Source of the DNA: Promethearchaeati archaeon
GTDB lineage: Archaea; Asgardarchaeota; Heimdallarchaeia; Heimdallarchaeales; Heimdallarchaeaceae
Length of the DNA stretch: 64,000 nucleotides
Direction: 5' to 3'
NCBI GenBank assembly: GCA_013166775.1
Contig: JABLTJ010000013.1
Span: 1-64,000 of the forward strand
Part shown: in pieces, positions 20,749 through 31,699 of the stretch
How positions within the stretch are numbered: position 1 is the stretch's first letter
Layout: every line of letters starts with the position of its first letter
Program-made: the position numbers and the translations under genes
The notes under the pieces: model-generated
What the model was told of the DNA's origin: nothing
Seen by the model: the letters and a program-made list of their open reading frames with translations, nothing else
Databases searched by the model: none

Positions 20749-22329
20749 TTGATGAGCAAACGATGGGGATTGGGTTTAAGCATTCTTTTCATAATGGCTT
20801 TCATAGGGCAGACTCATTCACCATCAATTTATTCTAATAACATAAAAACTATGTTAGGAAATCCAGATATAACCATCAAGGAGGGTAGTTTTGATGGTTA
20901 CAATCTTTTTGTGCTGGAACGAAAATTTGTTTCAAATTGGACAACAATAGATATGAACCTTTTAATTGTAGATATGGAAGGTCAAGTTCATTATCAAAGG
21001 CAGATAGCTGATGGAATAATTTTAGCTGATTATTCTGCTGAATTTGTAAATTCTACTACAATTCTTTTTGGAGATTCAAGTGGAGCTAATTTGTGGAACA
21101 TCTATACTGATGAAGTTGAGAAATTATCAGTTTTAGGGCATCACGATTATGAAATGAATATGAATAATAACTCCATTTTTACATTAACTTCCTTTCTAGA
21201 AGAAATAGAATCAGTAGAATACAGATTTGATAAAATAATAGAAGTCGATTTAACTACAGGTTTGAAAATTTGGGAAGTAGATACTCAGTCATTTATTTCA
21301 CATAATCACTATTGTCCCTATCTAGATTCTGAGGAAGATATAGCAGATCTTACTCATTCAAATACTATCATATATGATGATCAAGATGATACTATTTATC
21401 TAAATTGCCGAAATACTAACACATTCTACAAATTAGATCATAAAACTGGTGATTTAATCTGGGCTTTAGGAGAGTACGGAGATTTTGATCTATTTGATAT
21501 AGATGGGAATCAGAAGGATATCCTCTTCTATCATGGTCATGCTCTTGAGAAGATTAGTGACGATACTTTCATCTACTTTGATAATGATGAACATAATCAG
21601 GATAATCTATTGCAACACAAATCTAGAATAATAGAGATACAAGTCGATGAAGTTGAAAAAAAAGCACAGATTGTATGGGAATGGGCTTCCCCTAGCAAAT
21701 ATTTCTCAGCTTGGTGGGGGGATGCAGATAAACTCCCAAATAATAACAGACTTGGGACTTTTGGAACGATGTATCATGAGGGCTCAACTGCTATTGGAGC
21801 AAGACTGGTTGAAGTTGATAACTCAGGAGAGATTGTTTGGGAGATGAATTTCCCTAAAGAAGGTGAAATTGGATATGGTGTTTATAGTATGGACAGAATA
21901 CATTTTTCACCAATAATAGGAATAAACACAACCTATTGGGTAAAATCAGGTGAAGAAGCATCGGTAAATTGGCAAGCTTATAATAATTTCAGAAATAAAT
22001 ACCCATTATTTGGAAAGTATAGAGTATTTCTTGAAGGGGATTTAGTTGACAATGATAATGTAGAATTCACTCGATATTGGCAACCAACTGATTTAGATGT
22101 TAATCTTGGTTTACTTCAGGATGGTGAGTATAATTTAACTATCCAACTTGAGGATGATTCCAATCACATAAAAACACAATTTGTTAATCTCACTGTATCC
22201 AAATACCCTCCAGAAGAAACTAATAGAAATGATGGTTTTGGTATTCTTTCAACGTCCTATGCTTTTTTATTTATGATAACATTTGTTATCTATTCTAAAA
22301 AAAGAAAACAAAACTTTAGAGAAAAATAG
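20749..22329 (+). CDS. Aryl-sulfate sulfotransferase (ASST)-like beta-propeller, membrane-anchored
   Basis: GHHD, DLTHSN, HGH, FDN, W.W...GDADKLPNNN; signal peptide and C-terminal TM plus KKRK. Confidence 0.78.
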   Translation: MMSKRWGLGLSILFIMAFIGQTHSPSIYSNNIKTMLGNPDITIKEGSFDGYNLFVLERKFVSNWTTIDMNLLIVDMEGQVHYQRQIADGIILADYSAEFVNSTTILFGDSSGANLWNIYTDEVEKLSVLGHHDYEMNMNNNSIFTLTSFLEEIESVEYRFDKIIEVDLTTGLKIWEVDTQSFISHNHYCPYLDSEEDIADLTHSNTIIYDDQDDTIYLNCRNTNTFYKLDHKTGDLIWALGEYGDFDLFDIDGNQKDILFYHGHALEKISDDTFIYFDNDEHNQDNLLQHKSRIIEIQVDEVEKKAQIVWEWASPSKYFSAWWGDADKLPNNNRLGTFGTMYHEGSTAIGARLVEVDNSGEIVWEMNFPKEGEIGYGVYSMDRIHFSPIIGINTTYWVKSGEEASVNWQAYNNFRNKYPLFGKYRVFLEGDLVDNDNVEFTRYWQPTDLDVNLGLLQDGEYNLTIQLEDDSNHIKTQFVNLTVSKYPPEETNRNDGFGILSTSYAFLFMITFVIYSKKRKQNFREK

Positions 22330-22338
22330 AAGGGGATG

Positions 22339-23640
22339 TTATGATTTTAACTCATAAGCATCTAAATCTCTCAATCTAAAGGAAAATATAGCAGCGATTG
22401 CCAGTATTACAGCATAGAGAATGAAATTAAATACATCATTATCGAAACCAAACATTACAATTGTAATAAGAGCTATTCCGCCTAACTGTCCTATCCACAT
22501 TAACCAACCATTAGATGTTTCTTCAGGCAATGGATGAGTTATTTCTGCTGCAAAAGTCAACCCTATTGGTAAAGCGGAGATTAATAGAAAACCAAAGAAG
22601 AATCCTATGATACAATGAGCTATATATTGTGGTATAAAGGAAGTGACATACTTCTCAATTATGAAGAACAACAATGTTAATACAGCTCCGGAAATAGCAT
22701 TGATAATTAGGAAAATCTTTCTTTTCCGATATTTATCTGAAAGCGTAGAAAGCGTAATTGCACCTGCTATACCTCCGACTATCATAGTCCCTCCTAAGAT
22801 GCCAAAGAGATCATCAGGAACGAAACCGGGTACAGAAGAATTGAATATTGACTTATACAAATCCGCCATAACCGTGGATACTGCATTGAATGTACCTGCT
22901 CCGAATAGGAATAAAACTAACAAGATATTAAAATCGCGATTTTTAAAGAGATCCAAAGTTCCCTTAGTCTCGAAAACTTTAGTTTTATCACTATAAGCAT
23001 TGGCAGGAGTTTCAGGTTTATCTCTAACGAATAACAAATAGATTACCATGAAAGCGAGGGCAATACCACCATAGATATAAAGCATAACAGTTGGGTCTTG
23101 ATACCTAGGATCAAGTGGATCATTTGATACTAGAAATGGTGTAATTAGCATTCCGAGTAATACGCCTAGCAAAACAAACATCGTTCCTAAACTTGTTGCA
23201 AGTGCTTTTTCTTTCTCACCAAACCAATTTGTGGACACTTTTGTAAAGGAATTTAGTAAGAAGGGTTGCCCTATCGCACATCCAATTTGGAAAATTAACA
23301 CCCAATGATACTGGTGAGAAACAGCTCTTAAAATCCCGAAAATTCCTGTGAGTATAACTCCTATCCCAGTACCCCATTTCAAACCAAATTTATCGATTGC
23401 TAATGCAGCGGGAATATTCATTGGAATATATACAATCATAAACACTAATGAAAGCATGAAAATTGCATTAGTACTTTGACCATAGAAAGAAGTTGCTGAC
23501 GGAGTAATTGCTGCGAATGTTATCCAAATTATCTGATTGATTAGTGTCACTAAACCAAATAGAAGCAACACAATCCAACGATAACTGTATACTTTGTAAT
23601 CACTAATTTCTGTAGAATTCATACGGTTAGGTAAAATCAC
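22339..23640 (-). CDS. MFS transporter, FLVCR/SLC49-like
   Basis: YKVYSYRWIVL...WITFA, GQPFLL...S.NWF..E.A.ATS, AE.THP.PE..SNG. Confidence 0.82.
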   Translation of the reverse strand: MILPNRMNSTEISDYKVYSYRWIVLLLFGLVTLINQIIWITFAAITPSATSFYGQSTNAIFMLSLVFMIVYIPMNIPAALAIDKFGLKWGTGIGVILTGIFGILRAVSHQYHWVLIFQIGCAIGQPFLLNSFTKVSTNWFGEKEKALATSLGTMFVLLGVLLGMLITPFLVSNDPLDPRYQDPTVMLYIYGGIALAFMVIYLLFVRDKPETPANAYSDKTKVFETKGTLDLFKNRDFNILLVLFLFGAGTFNAVSTVMADLYKSIFNSSVPGFVPDDLFGILGGTMIVGGIAGAITLSTLSDKYRKRKIFLIINAISGAVLTLLFFIIEKYVTSFIPQYIAHCIIGFFFGFLLISALPIGLTFAAEITHPLPEETSNGWLMWIGQLGGIALITIVMFGFDNDVFNFILYAVILAIAAIFSFRLRDLDAYELKS

Positions 23641-23782
23641 TAATTTATAAAATTTAATCTTTTGGAGGATTGGGGAATTTCATTTTGTCAGTAAATTTCC
23701 ACCTTTAAATATTAAAAATAAACCATGAAATAACAAACTCTTCAGACTCTTCGAAGTACTAATTCTAATGAAATTGTTTCTT

Positions 23783-24634
23783 TTAACCTGTGTATCTAAT
23801 GAATGTTCCTTCTCTATATTCAGTAAAAGCTGTTCTGATTTCTTCTTGAGTGTTCATCACTATTGGCCCATGCCAAGCAACAGGTTCTCCTATTGGTTTC
23901 CCAGAGATTAGTAAGAATCTGAGTAAACTATCTTCTGTTGAGATTTTAATAACATCTCCATCCTCGAAGAGAATAAGATTATCTTTATTTAGAAGAGGAT
24001 TATGTTCTAAATTGAAATAACCTTCACCTTGGATAACATATGCAAAAACATTATGTCCTTTCTTTACTCGATGAACAAATTCAGAATCTTGCGTGATTGT
24101 TATATCAAGATATTCAGGTTCTGTGATGATATCTTGAACAGGGCCTTTAGTTCCCTTAACTTCTCCACAAATTATTTTGATTTTAGCACCACCAACTTCG
24201 ATTTCAGGAATATCTTCTTTCTTGATATCACGATAACGAGGATTCATCATTTTGTGTGAGCTAGGCAGATTAGCCCATAATTGGAAACCACCCATCAATC
24301 CCTCTGCTCTTTCAGGCATTTCTTGATGAATAATCCCATTTCCTGCAGTCATCCATTGTACATCACCAGATTCAATTACACCTGCGTTCCCAAGACTATC
24401 TTCATGTTTAATTTTACCATGAAGCATGTAGGTTATTGTTTCTATTCCTCGATGAGGATGCCAAGGAAAACCAGCTATGTAATCTTCAGGATTATCTGAA
24501 TGAAAGTCATCTAATAATAAGAAAGGATCTAATTTTGGATGATCCTGCCCAAAAGCTCTCTTAAGTTTAACTCCAGCACCTTCCATTGTCTCCTTGCTCT
24601 TTAAAACACTATGGATTTTTCTCTCTTCAAGCAA
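23783..24634 (-). CDS. Pirin family protein
   Basis: EGAG, DPFLLLD, HPHRGIET, WMTAG.GI.H.E, QLWANLP, GPIVMN. Confidence 0.93.
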   Translation of the reverse strand: MLEERKIHSVLKSKETMEGAGVKLKRAFGQDHPKLDPFLLLDDFHSDNPEDYIAGFPWHPHRGIETITYMLHGKIKHEDSLGNAGVIESGDVQWMTAGNGIIHQEMPERAEGLMGGFQLWANLPSSHKMMNPRYRDIKKEDIPEIEVGGAKIKIICGEVKGTKGPVQDIITEPEYLDITITQDSEFVHRVKKGHNVFAYVIQGEGYFNLEHNPLLNKDNLILFEDGDVIKISTEDSLLRFLLISGKPIGEPVAWHGPIVMNTQEEIRTAFTEYREGTFIRYTG

Positions 24635-24798
24635 ATAAGCACCAAAGGTAAGTTTACTAAAGATAATATATAAACTTTATATCTGTAAGGAATTTACAAA
24701 ATATTCTCAATTATGTTTACCAAATTTGATTATTTGAGAAATCCTCTTCCTTATATAAGCAAAAATCACTTTGTACATAATAGTTAGGAGATAGAAAA

Positions 24799-25245
24799 AT
24801 GGATAAAATAATCTACCATTCAATTGTTCTTGAGTGCGTAACTCATACAGCATTTGAATATTTTACTGATAATAAATTACTCGAAGAATGGTTAACAAAA
24901 GAAGCAGATGTAGAACCAGAAGTAGGAGGAAAATATGAATTATTTTGGGTTCCTGAGGACAAAGAAAATGATAGTACAATAGGATGTAAAATTCTTGCTC
25001 TCCAACATGATAAATTCCTTTCCTTCGAATGGAAAGGACCTAAAATGTACAAACACTTCATGAATAATGTAAGACCTTTGACTAATGTAGTTGTGACTTT
25101 TATTCCAATAGATGGAGGTACTGAGATTCATTTACTGCATACAGGATGGAGAGATTCACCAGAATGGGAAGAAGCTAGATTATGGTTTGAAAATCAATGG
25201 GAATTATCGTTTGCTAGCCTTCAACAATGCTTAATCAAGGAGTAA
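24799..25245 (+). CDS. SRPBCC/AHA1-like domain protein
   Basis: FTD..L..W, GG.Y, LSFEW, T.V.VTF....GT...L.HTGW, C-terminal W...L. Confidence 0.85.
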   Translation: MDKIIYHSIVLECVTHTAFEYFTDNKLLEEWLTKEADVEPEVGGKYELFWVPEDKENDSTIGCKILALQHDKFLSFEWKGPKMYKHFMNNVRPLTNVVVTFIPIDGGTEIHLLHTGWRDSPEWEEARLWFENQWELSFASLQQCLIKE

Positions 25246-25315
25246 GAATATCTCTTCTTGTTAATGATTTCATTTCCAAAAATACTTAAGTATTGAAAAA
25301 AAACACTTTAATCCT

Positions 25316-25722
25316 ATGATGGGTTTTTCAGAAATTAAAACCAAGAAATACTCTCTGTGGATGAAATATTTCATAATAGGTGCAAGTTGTGCAGCGTTGA
25401 TATTCATAATAGTTGTTTCTATACTTTATTTCACTCTTAACCTATCAATTAGAAATTTGTTTATTTCGCTTTGTCTAGGGAATATCATATTAGGGATTAT
25501 TCCTGGGCTTATTTCAAAAAAAGAAGAACTTTTTAGTTTTTAGGTTTTGCTTATTTAGGATCTTTGATTTGTAGCATTGTAGGTCTCTTACTAATAGGTT
25601 GGAGATTCAATTTGTATAGATTTTCATTCATAATTTAGTATTTATTTTTAGCAATATCGGAACTAATAATCATAGCATTAATTACTCATCTTCTTCATTT
25701 TAGACACGAATCAAAAAAATGA
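25316..25722 (+). pseudogene. Small 4-TM membrane protein, frameshifted with an internal TAG
   Basis: ORF 25316..25543 (2 TM) continues in another frame as LGFAYLGSLICSIVGLLLIGWRFNLYRFSFII*YLFLAISELIIIALITHLLHFRHESKK; homopolymers A7 (25516-25522) and T5 (25537-25541) lie at the shift. Confidence 0.5.
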
Positions 25723-25784
25723 AAAATCTACTTCTTTATATAGTGATAACTTTGCACTAAGATAGACTTAAAAGATAGGTTTAG

Positions 25785-28700
25785 GTGTGGATATTGTATA
25801 AGAACTCAATTGAGGTTATAGGCGCTCAAGAGAACAATTTACGTAATATCTCAGTTGAGATTCCACATGATAAGTTAATTGTTATTTCGGGCATCTCTGG
25901 AAGTGGAAAGAGTTCACTTGCTTTTGATACAATTTATCTCGAAGCACAGAGAAGATATATGGAAACTTTATCAGCTTATGCAAGGCAATTTATAGGTAAT
26001 TTTGACAGACCGCAAGTTGAGCATATTGATGGTTTACGACCAACAATTTCTATTGATCAGAAAACTATATCGAGGAATCCAAGAAGTACAGTTGGTACCC
26101 TCACTGAGATTTATGATTACATGAGAGTACTTTTTGCAAGAGTAGGAATACCTCATTGTCCAGATTGTAAAATTAGGATTGAAGCACAACCTTCAGATCA
26201 AGTAATTGAACAGATATTTGCATCTTTTGAAGGACAAAGGATCAAAATAGTTGCTCCAATTTTCGAGAAGAGGAAAGGTGAGTATAGAAAGGAATTAGCT
26301 CAATGGAAAGAAGATGGTTATGTCAGATTAATAGTTGATGGTAAAGAAGTGAACTTAGATGATGAAGAAGTTCAATTAGAGAGATATGTTGCTCATGATT
26401 TAGAAATTATTGTTGACAGGAATCGATGTGAAAGAAAGAATGAGCCTTTGATTCTTGATAGTGTCAACCTAGCACTCGAGCTCTCAAAAGGTAGGATTAA
26501 GATAATTGGAGAGAAAGAAGAAAGAGTATACTCAACAAAACTAGTCTGTCCAGAGTGCGGATTAGCTGTAAATGAATTCAATCCTAGAGACTTCTCGCAC
26601 AATACAGCTGTTGGTGCTTGTAAGAGATGTAAAGGACTAGGACAAATTGCTGAGATATCTCCTCAAAAGTTCATAGTTAATCATGATCTTTCAATCGCTG
26701 ATGGTGCCATTGCGACAATGACGAAGAACAAAAAACACATCACATATGCTTCTATAGGTTTGAAAAATATCAATGTAATTGTCCAAGAACACGGATATGA
26801 TATTAACACACCAATAAAGGATTTAACTGAAGATCAACTCGATAAACTACTTTATGGAACAGGTAGACAAGAATATCACTTGACATGGAACTGGGATAGT
26901 CAAGCAGCTAAATGGAGTGGGAAGGGTGAGTGGACCACTAGATGGAGAGGATTAATCCCAGCAACAATGGAAGCTTACTACAGACTTACGTCAGAACATA
27001 GGAAGCAAATATTAGAAGAGCTCATGGAACAAACAAAATGCCCTGATTGTAAGGGAATGAGACTCAAGCCCGAGAGTTTAGCTGTTTTGTTCAATGGGAA
27101 AAATATCTCTGAACTCAATAGATTAGAAATTGATGAGTGTTTAAAATTCTTCGAGGGAGTTAAGCTTACTAAAGAAGAGGAGATAATAGGGAAACCTCTA
27201 CTAAAAGAAATTAAAAATAGATTATCATTCTTGTTGAAAGTAGGATTACATTATCTAACAATGAACAGAGCTGCGAGTGAGTTGAGCGGAGGAGAAGCTC
27301 AAAGAACAAGATTAGCAACTCAAATAGGTTCAAAGCTACAAGGAGTAAATTATGTCTTAGATGAGCCTTCAATAGGATTAGCTAATAGAGACAACCAAAA
27401 GCTGTTGAGTTCTCTGAAAACTCTCAGAGATGGAGGGAATACAGTCATAGTTGTTGAACATGATGAAGATACTCTTCGTTCAGCTGATCTGCTGTTAGAT
27501 TTAGGTCCAGGAGCAGGAGATGATGGTGGAGAAGTACTATTCCTCATGGATCCAAAGGAATTATCTGAAAAAAATTCAAAGAATTCTATCACTGCAAAAT
27601 ATCTATTGGGATTAGATGAGATTGAGATACCTAAGAAAAGGAGAACAAGTAAAAAATTCCTTACTCTCAAAGGTGCATCTCATAATAACTTAAAGCAGAT
27701 AGATGTAAGCATCCCTTTAGGAACATTCACATGTGTTACTGGAGTTTCAGGAAGTGGTAAGTCTTCTTTAGTTGCAGATACACTTTATCCAATTCTAGTA
27801 AATAAACTTCATAATGGAAAACAAAAACCAGGTCGATACAAGAGTATAGAAGGCTCAGAGAACATTGACAAAGTTGTCGTAATTGATCAATCACCTATAG
27901 GTAGAACGTCAAGATCTAATCCTGCAACCTATACAAAAGTAATGGATCATATTAGAGATTTGTTTGCAACTATTCCAACAGCTAAGATTAGAGGGTATTC
28001 CAAAACTAGATTCAGTTTTAATACAAAATTAGGTAGATGTGAAGCGTGTAAAGGGCATGGTTATAATAAGATAGAAATGACCCTTCTTCCCGACGTTGAA
28101 GTTGAATGTGAAATTTGCAAAAGCAAAAGATATGATGATGAGACTCTGAAAATCAAATATCAAGGTCATTCTATAGCTGACATACTTAACATGACTGTAA
28201 GTAGAGCAATGGGAGTGTTTGAAAATATACCTAAAATTCAGCGTATTTTGAAGACTTTAATTGATGTCGGATTGGATTATATACAGCTCGGGCAATCAAG
28301 TACAACTATATCTGGTGGAGAAGCCCAGAGGATAAAACTTAGCAGAGAACTATCAAAGATATCTACAGGTAATACCCTGTATATCCTCGATGAATCGACA
28401 ACGGGATTAAGTTTTGAAGATATTAAAAAGCTGTTAAATGTTCTTCAAAGATTGGTTGATAAGGGAAATACAGTATTAATTATAGAGCATAATTTAGATG
28501 TCATCAAAGTAGCTGATTTTGTCATAGATTTAGGTCCTGATGGCGGAGAAGAAAATGGTGGGTATCTAGTAGATTTAGGTACTCCAGAAGAAATTCTTGA
28601 AAATGAGCTTTCATATACTGGACAAGCGTTGAAGAAAGTACTAACTGATGATTACATAGAGGAAGAAGTAGAACCTATAAAAATAGAAAAAGAGGATTTA

Positions 28701-31544
28701 GATCCATCAAAATATCTGTATGTGAGAGGAGCAACAAAGAATAATCTCAAAAGTATAAATTTAGACATTCCAAAAGAAAAACTTGTTGTAATCACAGGAC
28801 CTAGCGGTTCAGGTAAAAGCTCTTTAGCTATAGATACTCTTTTTGCAGAAGGGCAAAGAAGGTTTGTAGAATCATTAAGTAGTTATGCACGGCAGTTTCT
28901 TACAAAAGCTGAAAGAGCTGATGTTGATGATATAATTGGTTTGACACCCTCAATAGCTATAGATCAGCATTCTATTTCTAAGAATCCAAGATCAATTGTT
29001 GCAACTACTACAGAAATTTATGATTATCTCCGACTTCTTTATGCAAAAGTGGGTATACCTCATTGTCCAGTATGCAATATTGTTTTAAAAAATAGAACGT
29101 CGGATGAAATAGCTAAATTAGTACTAAAGGAATATGAATCTGAAAACATAATTATCGCATCTTCTTTATCAAATGGCGAAGAAGTGAATATTAAAGAAAC
29201 AATCAAGGAAATTCAAAAACAAGGATATAATAGAATTGTAATAGATGGGAAAGACTATCTAGTAGATGAACAGATAAAAGTAAAAAAATCTTCCTCATTA
29301 TCTGTAGTAATTGATAGAATAGAAGTGAATAAAGAAAACATATCTAGGACAGCTGAATCAATAGAAGCTGCAGTAAGTGTTGGCAAAGGGAGAGTTGAGA
29401 TCTATTATAATGGAGAGAGAAGTATTTATTCAATAAATGCTGAATGTATAGATCATGAATATGAAGCTCCATCTGAAATCCATCCAAGACTTTTCAGCTT
29501 TAATCACTATTCAGGAGCATGCTCAAATTGCACAGGGTTGGGAACAATAAGAAAATTTGATATAAGAAAGATAGTCAAGAATTGGGATAAATCGATAAGT
29601 CAAGGCGCTATAGGTCCATATTCTTCTCAAAGAATGTCTAATCCTAACTCTTGGAGAAGAGCAATGCTTGATTCTGTAGCTAAACATTTCGATTTCACAA
29701 TGGATACACCAATGAAAGATTTAACTCCTCAACAACTGGATGGTTTATTTTACGGCTCAAAAGGTAAAGATGTATCAATTAGAATCATTCGAGAAAGAGA
29801 AAAATCTTCTTCAGAATATACTAGAAGTGGACCATGGGAAGGACTCATTCAAAGATGGGTTACTTGGATGACCACTGAAACTGAATCACGATACATTAGT
29901 CAAAGAAAAGAACAGATGCATCAATATTATAGCGAGTATAAATGCACAGATTGTAATGGACGAAAATTAAAAACAGAAGTTCTTGCGATAACAGTAGGAG
30001 ATAAATCGATAAACGATCTTTCTACCTATGCAGTTGATGATTTTCTTGACTTCCTTAATACTTTGAAGCTTAATAAAAGAAGAGCAAAGATAGCGGATAG
30101 GATTATAGTTGAGTTAAAGAAAAGAGCTGAATATCTAACTGATGTGGGTTTGAGTTATCTTACTCTAGATAGACGTTCAAGCACTTTATCTAATGGAGAA
30201 GCCCAAAGAATAAGACTCGCTTCACAGATTGGGAGTGGACTTATAGGTGTCACTTATGTCCTAGATGAACCAACAATAGGTCTACACCCAAGAGATATAG
30301 ATAAGCTGCTTACAACATTGAAGAGACTAAGAGATAATGGAAATCATGTTATCGTTGTTGAGCATGATGACATCATAATTAAAGAATCAGATCACATGAT
30401 TGAACTTGGCCCACTAGGTGGAGATCAAGGGGGGGATGTAGTTGCTGAAGGGAATACTACTAAACTTCTACAGCGAGAAGATTCTTTGACTGCAAGCTAT
30501 CTTTCTGGTTCAAAGAAAATTAAAACACCTAAGAATCGAAGGAAAGCGGAATCTTCTATTGAATTAAAAGGAGCATCTCAAAACAATTTGAAACAAATAG
30601 ATGTTGAATTCGGAAAAGGAATATTTACTGCAGTAACTGGTGTCAGTGGGGCAGGTAAATCGTCTCTTGTAATTGACACACTTCAGAAAGGACTTGAAAA
30701 GAATATTCAAGGCAAAAGAACAGAAGTTGGTAAATATAAGTCACTTACAAATTTTGAAGGTATAAACAAAGTAATAGTCGTTGATCAATCCTCTTTGAGT
30801 AAATCAAGAAGGTCAAATCCATCTACGTATTTAGGAGTACAAGATAATATAAGAGATTTCTTTGCTCTTTTACCAGAATCAAAAGCTAGAGGTTTCACAC
30901 CAGGTCATTTCAGTTTCAACACATACAAAGGTCAATGTAATGAGTGTCGAGGATTAGGACATAAAAGAATAGAGTTGCTCTTTCTTTCAGATGTTTGGGT
31001 TTTATGCCCGAGTTGTAAAGGGAAGAAATACAAAAAACCTATTCTAACAGCAAGATATAGAAAAAAATCTATTGCTGATATTTTAGAGATGACTATAGAG
31101 GAAGCATGTGAACTATTTTCGAACATAGAAAATATACGTAGACCTCTTCAATTAGCAGTAGATGTAGGGCTAGGATATCTACGAATGGGACAACCTACAA
31201 CTACAATAAGTGGAGGGGAAGCAGAAAGGTTGAAAATAGCTAGAGAATTGTCAAAGAAAACACATGATAAAAGTATCTATTTATTGGATGAACCTTCACA
31301 AGGATTACACTTCTACGATATTGAAAAACTTGTTAATATTCTGCATCGTTTAGCAGATGAAGGAAACTCAATTGTTGTTATTGATCATAATATGGACATA
31401 ATAAAGAACGCAGATAGGATTATAGATTTAGGTCCTGAAGGTGGGACTAGAAATGGTGGATATTTAGTAGCTAAAGGAACACCTGAGGAGATTATCAATC
31501 AACAGGAAGGGTATACATGGGAGTATCTTAAGCAAGCTTCCTAG
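25785..31544 (+). CDS. uvrA: Excinuclease ABC subunit A, tandem double-length form (two complete UvrA units)
   Basis: Four Walker A motifs (GISGSGKS, GVSGSGKS, GPSGSGKS, GVSGAGKS), four signature motifs, E.QRR..E.LS.YARQF twice, CxxC zinc modules. Confidence 0.95.
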   Translation: MWILYKNSIEVIGAQENNLRNISVEIPHDKLIVISGISGSGKSSLAFDTIYLEAQRRYMETLSAYARQFIGNFDRPQVEHIDGLRPTISIDQKTISRNPRSTVGTLTEIYDYMRVLFARVGIPHCPDCKIRIEAQPSDQVIEQIFASFEGQRIKIVAPIFEKRKGEYRKELAQWKEDGYVRLIVDGKEVNLDDEEVQLERYVAHDLEIIVDRNRCERKNEPLILDSVNLALELSKGRIKIIGEKEERVYSTKLVCPECGLAVNEFNPRDFSHNTAVGACKRCKGLGQIAEISPQKFIVNHDLSIADGAIATMTKNKKHITYASIGLKNINVIVQEHGYDINTPIKDLTEDQLDKLLYGTGRQEYHLTWNWDSQAAKWSGKGEWTTRWRGLIPATMEAYYRLTSEHRKQILEELMEQTKCPDCKGMRLKPESLAVLFNGKNISELNRLEIDECLKFFEGVKLTKEEEIIGKPLLKEIKNRLSFLLKVGLHYLTMNRAASELSGGEAQRTRLATQIGSKLQGVNYVLDEPSIGLANRDNQKLLSSLKTLRDGGNTVIVVEHDEDTLRSADLLLDLGPGAGDDGGEVLFLMDPKELSEKNSKNSITAKYLLGLDEIEIPKKRRTSKKFLTLKGASHNNLKQIDVSIPLGTFTCVTGVSGSGKSSLVADTLYPILVNKLHNGKQKPGRYKSIEGSENIDKVVVIDQSPIGRTSRSNPATYTKVMDHIRDLFATIPTAKIRGYSKTRFSFNTKLGRCEACKGHGYNKIEMTLLPDVEVECEICKSKRYDDETLKIKYQGHSIADILNMTVSRAMGVFENIPKIQRILKTLIDVGLDYIQLGQSSTTISGGEAQRIKLSRELSKISTGNTLYILDESTTGLSFEDIKKLLNVLQRLVDKGNTVLIIEHNLDVIKVADFVIDLGPDGGEENGGYLVDLGTPEEILENELSYTGQALKKVLTDDYIEEEVEPIKIEKEDLDPSKYLYVRGATKNNLKSINLDIPKEKLVVITGPSGSGKSSLAIDTLFAEGQRRFVESLSSYARQFLTKAERADVDDIIGLTPSIAIDQHSISKNPRSIVATTTEIYDYLRLLYAKVGIPHCPVCNIVLKNRTSDEIAKLVLKEYESENIIIASSLSNGEEVNIKETIKEIQKQGYNRIVIDGKDYLVDEQIKVKKSSSLSVVIDRIEVNKENISRTAESIEAAVSVGKGRVEIYYNGERSIYSINAECIDHEYEAPSEIHPRLFSFNHYSGACSNCTGLGTIRKFDIRKIVKNWDKSISQGAIGPYSSQRMSNPNSWRRAMLDSVAKHFDFTMDTPMKDLTPQQLDGLFYGSKGKDVSIRIIREREKSSSEYTRSGPWEGLIQRWVTWMTTETESRYISQRKEQMHQYYSEYKCTDCNGRKLKTEVLAITVGDKSINDLSTYAVDDFLDFLNTLKLNKRRAKIADRIIVELKKRAEYLTDVGLSYLTLDRRSSTLSNGEAQRIRLASQIGSGLIGVTYVLDEPTIGLHPRDIDKLLTTLKRLRDNGNHVIVVEHDDIIIKESDHMIELGPLGGDQGGDVVAEGNTTKLLQREDSLTASYLSGSKKIKTPKNRRKAESSIELKGASQNNLKQIDVEFGKGIFTAVTGVSGAGKSSLVIDTLQKGLEKNIQGKRTEVGKYKSLTNFEGINKVIVVDQSSLSKSRRSNPSTYLGVQDNIRDFFALLPESKARGFTPGHFSFNTYKGQCNECRGLGHKRIELLFLSDVWVLCPSCKGKKYKKPILTARYRKKSIADILEMTIEEACELFSNIENIRRPLQLAVDVGLGYLRMGQPTTTISGGEAERLKIARELSKKTHDKSIYLLDEPSQGLHFYDIEKLVNILHRLADEGNSIVVIDHNMDIIKNADRIIDLGPEGGTRNGGYLVAKGTPEEIINQQEGYTWEYLKQAS

Positions 31545-31699
31545 AAGTATTCAAACTATTTTTTATAGAAACTACAATCTTACGAATTGTCTGCTCTTAC
31601 ATTTAGGTCTATTCTAATAATTAAAATTAGGCGAAATTCTTAATAAGTGTCTTAAACTAATATAAAGTAATTTCAGTAATTGGAAAGTCTCTGATAGGT

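Noticed and set aside
14154-25638. Genome-wide TAG reassignment
   Set aside because: Many intact genes end at TAG at their expected C-termini (6896, 22329, 31544, 33691, 55150, 56569).
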